A stretch of DNA of 11,589 bases. Source: Candidatus Heimdallarchaeota archaeon. GTDB lineage: Archaea; Asgardarchaeota; Heimdallarchaeia; Hodarchaeales; Hodarchaeaceae. Position 1 is the stretch's first letter, and each line of letters starts with the position of its first letter. The DNA is taken from contig DXJL01000142.1 in the NCBI GenBank assembly GCA_019057635.1, forward strand, positions 1 to 11,589, in the 5' to 3' direction. A program made the translations under genes and the position numbers. Positions 1 through 6,494 of this stretch are shown in pieces. The notes below the pieces were generated by a model. That model was not told the DNA's origin and did no database searches. It was given only the letters and a program-made list of their open reading frames with translations.

Positions 1-191
1 TGTTGGAAAAGTATCTTTTTTTTATACTTGCTCCTCTGAATCTTTATCAATGTCACCAGTATAAAATTACCAAGCATTCTCCCTCTTCTTTTTTTTTTTC
101 CGATATTTACAGAAATTACATTTATTTAACCCAGAGTGTAAATGGAAACGTACCAACTTTCCCCTCAATCCAACTAATTTGGGTTTTTTCA

Positions 192-1109
192 ATGCCGTCC
201 GATATTTCTTACGAATTTATCCGCCGATTAGTGAAGTTTAGTGCAAGAATCGGATATCGATTAGAGGTTAAGGGCAGTGAGAATCTCACTAATCACTTAG
301 ATGGGTTGGGTGATGGTGTTATATTTGCTGCAAATCATGAAAGCGTCATTGATGCATTTTTAATGGGATTAATTGTTCCTCCAGAAATTTCTCGTGTTTT
401 TTTCCTGGGAAAACAATCCGCGTTATGGAGAAATCGAATTTGGGGGACAATGATGGATTATTTTGGCGTCATTCCAGTACAAAAACGAAATAACGATGAA
501 GCAATTCGGAGGGGTCTAGAGGTTCTTCAAAAAAACCAAGCTCTGGGAATCTTCCCTGAGGGACATATCCGTTATTCTCGTAAAAGTCTCGACGGGAAAG
601 TCGGTGTAGCTAGATTTTCTTTTGAAACGGAATCTCCTGTGGTGCCCGTTGGCATTGTGGGGACAGATGGGGTTCTTCCTTATGGGGGTAGTTGGCCATC
701 AGCTGGAAAGAAAGTCACCTTGACGGTCGGAGATCCAATCTATCTTTCATATGATTTCGATAAATCTGATATATACAGTTTAGGAGCATTACGACAAGCA
801 ACGGATCTGGTTATGCATAATATCCGAGTGTTAAGTTCAGGATATGGAGTTAATCCTCGTGATGTACCCAGTTTGAAAAGTATGAAAGGTGTTGACAAGA
901 TCCTGATACCACACCGCAGAATGAAAGTTCTTCATTCGCAACAGAGAATTCAACACCCGAAAAAAGATGTTGTAGATCAATTCACAGATTGGATGACGAC
1001 GTTTTCTGATGATTGGGAGAGAAATCCTGCAAATGAAGAAATTAGTAGGCCATTACCAAAAAAAGCAGCAAGTGATGAATTTTTAGCATGGTTAAACGAT
1101 CAATTATGA
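192..1109 (+). CDS. plsC: Lysophospholipid acyltransferase, PlsC/LPLAT family, with C-terminal extension
   Basis: Catalytic HX4D motif (NHESVID), F..GK block, IFPEG motif, GVARF, PVVPVGIVG. ATG at 192 (MPSDISYEF) is the likely start; the ORF-track extension from 3 runs through a poly-T tract and looks non-coding. Confidence 0.85.
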   Translation: MPSDISYEFIRRLVKFSARIGYRLEVKGSENLTNHLDGLGDGVIFAANHESVIDAFLMGLIVPPEISRVFFLGKQSALWRNRIWGTMMDYFGVIPVQKRNNDEAIRRGLEVLQKNQALGIFPEGHIRYSRKSLDGKVGVARFSFETESPVVPVGIVGTDGVLPYGGSWPSAGKKVTLTVGDPIYLSYDFDKSDIYSLGALRQATDLVMHNIRVLSSGYGVNPRDVPSLKSMKGVDKILIPHRRMKVLHSQQRIQHPKKDVVDQFTDWMTTFSDDWERNPANEEISRPLPKKAASDEFLAWLNDQL

Positions 1110-1134
1110 GTAATATAGGAAAGAACCAATGTTT

Positions 1135-2190
1135 TTACGAAGTGAATAGATCATCAATATGAGCTATGAGTAATCTAAACCCCACAAGAAGTGTTAAGTG
1201 ACCCCCAGGGTATCGATATAGTGGTTTTTGCAACATTCTAGCGAGCTTACTGACAAGATTGAACGGAACGATCCTATCATATATACCTCCGATGATTGCA
1301 GTATTTTGGTTGGTTGTATAGGGATGAAAATATTTTAGATTTGCAGAATAAAGAATCTTATAGTACGAGGCTAGTCCCAGTTCCTTATGCTGAAGGATTC
1401 CCCTATTAGCTATCGGGACAATATTTAATTTTGAAGCAAGTCCGAAGAGAAAAGGGCCGGCTAATGCAGTTATACAATCTATGTCAGCTACAAATTGTGA
1501 GGCTATAGCAACTAAATGACCTCCCAGAGAGACACCAAATAATATCACTCGCTCATAATTTTTCTTTAAATAGTTGACCAAGAATTGTATTTCAATGATT
1601 GACTGACGAAATGCTTCCAGCATTCGTACAGGGTTTCCATTTAGGAAGTATGCCCCTGAAAAAGGAGAATCATAAGGTACACGATGATGATGATACGGTA
1701 ACTCAAGAGCATAAATATCGCTTTTAAATTGATTGTACGTTAAACGAAAGTAAAATTGTTCATGAAAAATGAAGTGTGACTCTGCATACCCATGGATAAA
1801 AAGGAAAGCCGTTTTTTGATTCTTAACGTTCTTTCTTTGATATTTATGGACAATCAATTGTTTAATAGGATCAAATTTTGAATCACTAAATAATACGCCA
1901 GATTTTGGTTGGTACGGTGAATAAGCAGAGCCAATAGATTCACAAAACATTCCTCTCTTAACAGAATCTTTCCAAATAATGGTATTCTCGATTTTAGTAT
2001 CAAGCGCAAAGAACGTACGAGGATTTTTTTTGTAATACGGCAAATATTTTTGAATAAGGTTTTGTGTGGGCTGAAAATCTTCAATATATCCGTTATTTCG
2101 GTATTGAAAATAATTAATGACTGGATATTCAAGCAAATCAGAGGGAACAAAATGGATAGTTTTGACTAACCGCTTAAAAGTCGCATTCAA
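1135..2190 (-). CDS. Alpha/beta hydrolase (serine esterase/lipase), ABHD18/DUF2048-like
   Basis: FIHGY oxyanion region, LELPYHHHRVP..SG, nucleophile elbow GVSLGG, acid in YDRIVP, His in YPGGH. TTG start. Subfamily assigned from remembered motif pattern only. Confidence 0.8.
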   Translation of the reverse strand: MNATFKRLVKTIHFVPSDLLEYPVINYFQYRNNGYIEDFQPTQNLIQKYLPYYKKNPRTFFALDTKIENTIIWKDSVKRGMFCESIGSAYSPYQPKSGVLFSDSKFDPIKQLIVHKYQRKNVKNQKTAFLFIHGYAESHFIFHEQFYFRLTYNQFKSDIYALELPYHHHRVPYDSPFSGAYFLNGNPVRMLEAFRQSIIEIQFLVNYLKKNYERVILFGVSLGGHLVAIASQFVADIDCITALAGPFLFGLASKLNIVPIANRGILQHKELGLASYYKILYSANLKYFHPYTTNQNTAIIGGIYDRIVPFNLVSKLARMLQKPLYRYPGGHLTLLVGFRLLIAHIDDLFTS

Positions 2191-2211
2191 ATAGATCTGC
2201 CCCTTGATATG

Positions 2212-2219
2212 TTTATAAA
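2212..2219 (-). promoter_or_regulatory. Putative archaeal TATA box for the hydrolase (near-leaderless transcript)
   Basis: TTTATAAA ending 21 nt upstream of the TTG at 2190. The AT-rich background lowers specificity. Confidence 0.4.
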
Positions 2220-2316
2220 TCCTAGGAATTGCAGATTTAAAAAACTAGTATTATTGCTCAGAAATAGAAATGAAGATCAGTGATAATCCAAGTATGTCTA
2301 GAGAAATTATCACTTG

Positions 2317-3204
2317 CTAGAAAAGATGTTTACTGTTATTTTTTAGAAAAGTACCATTACGATATTCTTCAAAGGCAATACGCAATTCTTCTTGGGTATT
2401 CATAACAATAGGACCTGCCCAAGCTATAGGTTCATTTATTGGTTTACCAGAAATTAACAGGAAACGTAATTTATCGTCCTCACTTGCGGTGACTTGAATT
2501 CTATCCCCTTTTCGATTATAAATGACTAAATTGTCCATGTCAAAGTACTTGTCGCTATCTGGAGCGAATTTACCTTTTCCTTTGAAAGTATAAGCAAAAG
2601 CGGTATGTCCATCTTTCAGAGTGTGCTTAAAAGTTTGGCCTGATGGAATTTCAACCTCAAGATATTGGGGTTCAGTAATGATATCTTTTACTGGTCCTTT
2701 AGTCTTATTATATTCCCCCGCGAGTACCCGAATTTTTACACCATCCTCTAATACAATTTTAGGTACTTTTGAAGCGGTAATATCTTGATATCTAGGATCT
2801 ATTAATTTATGAGATTTTGGGAGGTTTACCCACAGCTGGAAACCAGCTAATTTTCCCTCTGATACCTGGGGCATTTCTTGATGAATAATTCCTCCACCTG
2901 CTGTCATCCATTGAATATCTCCACCGTTTAGAATGCCTGAGTTCCCAATACTATCTTCATGTTTGACAAGGCCCTCTAACATGTATGTTACAGTTTCAAT
3001 TCCCCTATGAGGATGCCATGGAAATCCAGCCATGTAATCGTCTGGGTTTTCGGATCCAAACGCATCGAGTAATAAAAATGGATCCAAGAGACTAGTTTCT
3101 TGATGACTAAAGACACGTTTAAGTTTAACTCCGGCTCCATCCGTTGTTGGAAAGCTGGATTGGGTTCGATGGATAGTTCGAATATTACTCATAATAGAAG
3201 TCAT
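2317..3204 (-). CDS. Pirin family protein (Fe-binding bicupin)
   Basis: DPFLLLD, GFPWHPHRGIETVTY, WMTAGGGIIHQE, FQLWVNLP, GPIVMNT: all canonical pirin motifs, including the His/His/His/Glu metal ligands. Confidence 0.95.
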   Translation of the reverse strand: MTSIMSNIRTIHRTQSSFPTTDGAGVKLKRVFSHQETSLLDPFLLLDAFGSENPDDYMAGFPWHPHRGIETVTYMLEGLVKHEDSIGNSGILNGGDIQWMTAGGGIIHQEMPQVSEGKLAGFQLWVNLPKSHKLIDPRYQDITASKVPKIVLEDGVKIRVLAGEYNKTKGPVKDIITEPQYLEVEIPSGQTFKHTLKDGHTAFAYTFKGKGKFAPDSDKYFDMDNLVIYNRKGDRIQVTASEDDKLRFLLISGKPINEPIAWAGPIVMNTQEELRIAFEEYRNGTFLKNNSKHLF

Positions 3205-3333
3205 TAAAGGATATCATTTAAGCATAGTTATGAAAAAATCACATTTGCCGATCTAAAATATCCAGAAAAAGGAGAGATTTCACTAATGATTGTTGTTATT
3301 TAATTCATACATACCATTCCATCTGGCATGTTG

Positions 3334-3360
3334 AAAAAAGCTCTCTGACCTCTCAGAGAG
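3334..3360 (-). terminator. Stem-loop plus U6 tract downstream of the histone gene
   Basis: Minus strand reads CTCTCTGA-GAGG-TCAGAGAG-C-TTTTTT: perfect 8-bp stem, 4-nt loop, then a T run, 39 nt after the histone stop. Confidence 0.65.
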
Positions 3361-3399
3361 TCAGTAAATGAATAAATAAAATGTGCAGAACTACTATTC

Positions 3400-3675
3400 T
3401 CACATTTTAGAGGCTGCGAGTCTGATGTCATCATTTTTAACTGTTTTACGTCCAGAGTTATTACAAATCTCGACGGCATATTTCGACAATTTCAAACTAT
3501 ACTCGGTAAGTTCTGTATTAAGTGCACCGACTGCATCTGCTGAAACACGGAATGCGCCTGCATCACGGATCAATCGTTCCACTCTTGCACTTGCAAATCC
3601 GCCAGCTCCAGAGCTTGATTTCTTTGCTGGTGCTGCTTTTTTAGCGGGTTTTTTGACTACTTTTTTCTTTGCCAT
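3400..3675 (-). CDS. Archaeal histone (HMf-like fold) with ~26-aa Lys-rich N-terminal tail
   Basis: RLIRDAGAFRVS and GRKTVKNDDIRLA align by eye to HMfB RIIKDAGAERVS and GRKTIKAEDIELA (R10, G16, R19, R52-K53-T54, D59 and L62 equivalents kept). Preceded by MAKKKVVKKPAKKAAPAKKSSSGAGG. Confidence 0.95.
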   Translation of the reverse strand: MAKKKVVKKPAKKAAPAKKSSSGAGGFASARVERLIRDAGAFRVSADAVGALNTELTEYSLKLSKYAVEICNNSGRKTVKNDDIRLAASKM

Positions 3676-3743
3676 TTTTTTCAGATTCCTTTTATTTTAT
3701 CATCAGGTAACTTGACGTGAGTTCTACATAAGGAACTATACCC

Positions 3744-3751
3744 TTTAAAAA
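3744..3751 (-). promoter_or_regulatory. Putative TATA box of the histone gene
   Basis: Minus strand GGAATAAG-TTTTTAAA (purine-rich BRE-like stretch then TATA-like box) about 70 nt upstream of the ATG; AAGGA SD-like element at 3687-3691. Confidence 0.45.
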
Positions 3752-4025
3752 CTTATTCCATCAGATGACGAATGATGAAGAAAGCTAACCCATGAAAAGA
3801 CTCATCTGAGTGTACATGAACAAGGAGAAATATAGCTAGAGGAGGGAAGATAGATCTTTCACATATTTATGAAAAAGAGCAAAAGCTGACACTAGTACTA
3901 CTTGGTTATGACCAATCACAATATCAAATACAAGAGTAACAATTTTACGTATTCCTGCATCAACTCAAAGAAGAATTAAAGATGATACAAATGTACCGAT
4001 TCTATCTGAAGTAAAAGCTGGAATA

Positions 4026-4100
4026 AGTCATGTGATGGGAAGATGCTCTGTTACTAGTCATTTAATGGGAAGTAATTTGTCACTAAAACATTAAATGGGT
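4026..4100. repeat. Three imperfect direct repeats with an exact 30-bp period, core CAT-N3-ATGGG
   Basis: AGTCATGTGATGGGAAG (4026), AGTCATTTAATGGGAAG (4056), AAACATTAAATGGGT (4086). Units 1 and 2 match at 15 of 17 positions. Confidence 0.7.
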
Positions 4101-4202
4101 ATTAGATTTAGAATAAGCGTATTTTCACTGACTTTAGTGCTTTTGTTCTCTAGGAAAATGACATAAAGCATTCTTAGTCGTTTTAAATTGAGGAATATTC
4201 TG

Positions 4203-5078
4203 TTGAAAATCACCTCTCATTCTAACATTAACGAATATAGTGATCATGTTCTACCCTTCTTACTAAAGCATGAAGCAGAAAATAACTTGCTCATCGGCAT
4301 ATTGAATACCTTGAGACAAGATTTTCACGCCTATAGTAAAGAAGAGAATCCGATATTCATTTCCGTGGAGAATGAAGGAGGTAAATTAAAGCTGGTTTCT
4401 ATTCGTACTCCTCCTTTTAATCAACTTATTTCTTATACAGACAACTTGGATACAATTGATATCCTTGTTAAGGAACTAATCAAAAAACAAATGGATATTC
4501 CAGGAGTTTTAGGATTTAAAGAAGGTACTTTGAGATTTGCCCAAATATGGGGAGAAGGTCAAGACCAGGATTACTTTTTAGAAACTCATGAACGAATATA
4601 TAGACTAGATACCGTAAATCCAGAGACATTAGGGGAAAATATATTCGAATTGGCAACTGCAGATGATAAAGAGATCATTCTTAAAATGGGAAAAGAATTT
4701 TTATTCGAAACCCTTCCCGAAGGATCAACTGAACCAGCACATATCGAATCTTCTCAACGAAGAATGGAACAAGGATTACAAAACCAGATGGTTTATGTTC
4801 TGAAGGTTAATGGGAAAATTGTTTCGATGGTAAAAAGAGCTCATGTGACACCGAATGGGCAGACAGTAAATGCAGTCTATACTCCTCCGAATGAACGTAG
4901 AAAGGGATACGCTACAGAAGTGGTGGCCAAATTGAGTCAGAAAATTCTCTCCGAAGGAAAAAAGTATTGTTTCTTATTTACTGACCTAGCAAATCCAACC
5001 TCAAACAAGATCTATCAGACAATCGGCTATCGACCAGTAACGGACATGGATTTATATCGCTTTCAAAGCAGGAAATAG
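4203..5078 (+). CDS. GNAT family N-acetyltransferase (two-domain, FR47-like C-terminal domain)
   Basis: Acetyl-CoA motif VYTPPNERRKGYA, LFTDLANPTSNKIYQTIGY, N-terminal EAENNLLIG. TTG at 4203 follows GAGGA (4190-4194) and is preferred over TTG at 4188. Confidence 0.9.
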   Translation: MKITSHSNINEYSDHVLPFLLKHEAENNLLIGILNTLRQDFHAYSKEENPIFISVENEGGKLKLVSIRTPPFNQLISYTDNLDTIDILVKELIKKQMDIPGVLGFKEGTLRFAQIWGEGQDQDYFLETHERIYRLDTVNPETLGENIFELATADDKEIILKMGKEFLFETLPEGSTEPAHIESSQRRMEQGLQNQMVYVLKVNGKIVSMVKRAHVTPNGQTVNAVYTPPNERRKGYATEVVAKLSQKILSEGKKYCFLFTDLANPTSNKIYQTIGYRPVTDMDLYRFQSRK

Positions 5079-5312
5079 TTTGCAAAAGAAAAAAAGTGCC
5101 AGAACTGTGGTGGAGCATATATAGTCTATATTCCTAACAACTTTTTCGAAAGAGAAGAACATATGACCATGAAATACCCTTATTGTCGGTTTTCGTTGTT
5201 CATGATAATAGAAGATGGACAATTAATTGCGGAATCAGACACAAGCCCGTGCCTGAGAAAATTTCCTAAAAAGCAGATAAACACACAACCTTGGGTAGAA
5301 TTGCTGAAATAA
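5079..5312 (+). pseudogene. Start-less 77-codon Zn-ribbon-like frame, in frame after the GNAT TAG (frameshifted gene, remnant or readthrough extension)
   Basis: Manual translation: FAKEKKCQNCGGAYIVYIPNNFFEREEHMTMKYPYCRFSLFMIIEDGQLIAESDTSPCLRKFPKKQINTQPWVELLK*. CxxC plus degenerate YPYC knuckle. Absent from the ORF track. Confidence 0.5.
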
Positions 5313-5507
5313 ACATCAATAATTACTTTTATTTAGATGTTTTAGCTATTACTCCCTTTTGTAAACTTACGACTTTCGTAGTTCAAATTTTCTTTAACTG
5401 AGGGATTTACGTAACTGTTTAAGTAAATCTATAAGTTAATCTTCCATGATAATGTATTTAGATATATACCCAAGTATAAACCTAAAATTCAAGGAAGTAG
5501 ATAAATA

Positions 5508-5714
5508 ATGAAAACGCTTGAAGAGCTGGAAAAGGAAAACATTACCCAAAGAACGAACTGTTGGTGGTGTGGAACAATCTTTAAGAGAGGATCAATATGG
5601 AGTGATTCGAATAAGCATGGAATCGCGCTATTAGGAAAAAGTGAAAAACAACTGGTTTTTCTCCATTGTAATGATTGTGGTAATGATACCTCTTTAACCA
5701 AGTGGATTTCCTAG
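5508..5714 (+). CDS. Small Zn-ribbon protein (68 aa)
   Basis: CWWCG...CNDCG pairs; ATG with upstream AAGGA. Confidence 0.7.
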   Translation: MKTLEELEKENITQRTNCWWCGTIFKRGSIWSDSNKHGIALLGKSEKQLVFLHCNDCGNDTSLTKWIS

Positions 5715-6078
5715 AAATATGAATTAGGGAAGGAGACTTAATAAATTTTAAGAAGCTAGCAATACCAATCAGTAAATTTTTTTTTGCTCCTTCTTTTATG
5801 GATTCTTGAACTTGATCCTCAACGGTATAAGCCGTCATCATCATTACAGATGTTAAAGGAGAAATTTTCTTGATTCTCTTGTAGGTTTCCACCCCGTTCA
5901 TGTGAGGCGTTTTAATATCCATGAAAATCAGTGTAAAGTATTGATTCTTAACCTTGTCAATAGCTTCCAGTCCATTTTTGGCTGTAGTAACAGTAAATCC
6001 TTTGTGTTTCAGAATGAAAAACAGGGTCTTGGTTAGGTTTATATTATCATCCACAATCAAGATTGAATTGTTTTTCAT
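5581..6078 (-). pseudogene. CheY-like receiver domain, 3'-truncated/degenerate
   Basis: ILIVDD, phosphoacceptor FMDIK, MMTAY and strong SD AGGAGGAGGGGTGAC. Homology stops at EGA (~5787) in an A run; I found no KP motif in any frame there, and the tail overlaps the convergent Zn-ribbon gene by 134 nt. Confidence 0.7.
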
Positions 6079-6093
6079 GTCACCCCTCCTCCT

Positions 6094-6204
6094 TTACGTG
6101 GACAGTAATCTAATCATGAAAGTTCTACCTATTCCCAGCTCATAATGCATTTGGATGTTTCCTCCATACCTCTCTACACGACTTTTGGATACATCTAAAT
6201 CAGG
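6094..6204 (-). pseudogene. Remnant of a histidine kinase HATPase C-terminus
   Basis: Manual translation PDLDVSKSRVERYGGNIQMHYELGIGRTFMIRLLST* resembles the consensus GLGLxxSKxxVExHGGxIxxxSExGxGTTFxIxLP. It ends just before the receiver SD; no upstream kinase body. Confidence 0.65.
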
Positions 6205-6494
6205 AATTCTTACTACAGTTCTAGTAATGTCAAACACAATGAATTCTGCGTTTCATCTGAATTAAGAGAATGGAAAGAAAAGAGTAAAGTTTTGTCAAAG
6301 AATAGATAATAAAATCTACTATTTTTCTTTATTATTTCTGATAATTTATTTTTCTCCCTTTGAGCTAATTTGGAATTTGATTGTGAAAGGATAACCCAAG
6401 GCCAATATGTCAAGACTTAGTAAAGGTAAATTCAGTGTTTTGCTATAGAGGGAGAACTTTTTATTTTATGCATAGTTACACCCGTTGATATTTA

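Noticed and set aside
1-77. Minus-strand frame MLGNFILVTLIK... with GAGGGAG upstream, running off the window
   Set aside because: Only 25 codons visible and no recognisable motif; cannot be supported.
3-191. N-terminal extension of the PlsC ORF
   Set aside because: Low-complexity translation through T runs; the family-like sequence begins at ATG 192.
1854-2150. 98-aa ORF inside the hydrolase
   Set aside because: Alternative frame of a well-supported gene, with no motifs.
2317-3675. Functional link between pirin (a nuclear cofactor in eukaryotes) and the histone
   Set aside because: This is an ordinary prokaryotic pirin, separated from the histone by a terminator-like hairpin.
3383-3715. 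110-aa plus-strand ORF
   Set aside because: Antisense shadow of the histone gene.
4026-4100. Mini CRISPR array
   Set aside because: Repeats (~17 nt) and spacers (~13 nt) are too short and degenerate; no cas genes in the window.
5404-5429. GATTTAC-N12-GTAAATC inverted repeat upstream of the Zn-ribbon gene
   Set aside because: Single 7-bp AT-rich arms, plausible by chance; I saw no second copy.
5489-6413. ORFs 5489-5701 (-), 5954-6145 (+) and 6213-6413 (-)
   Set aside because: Antisense to better-supported frames, or AT-rich intergenic frames without motifs.
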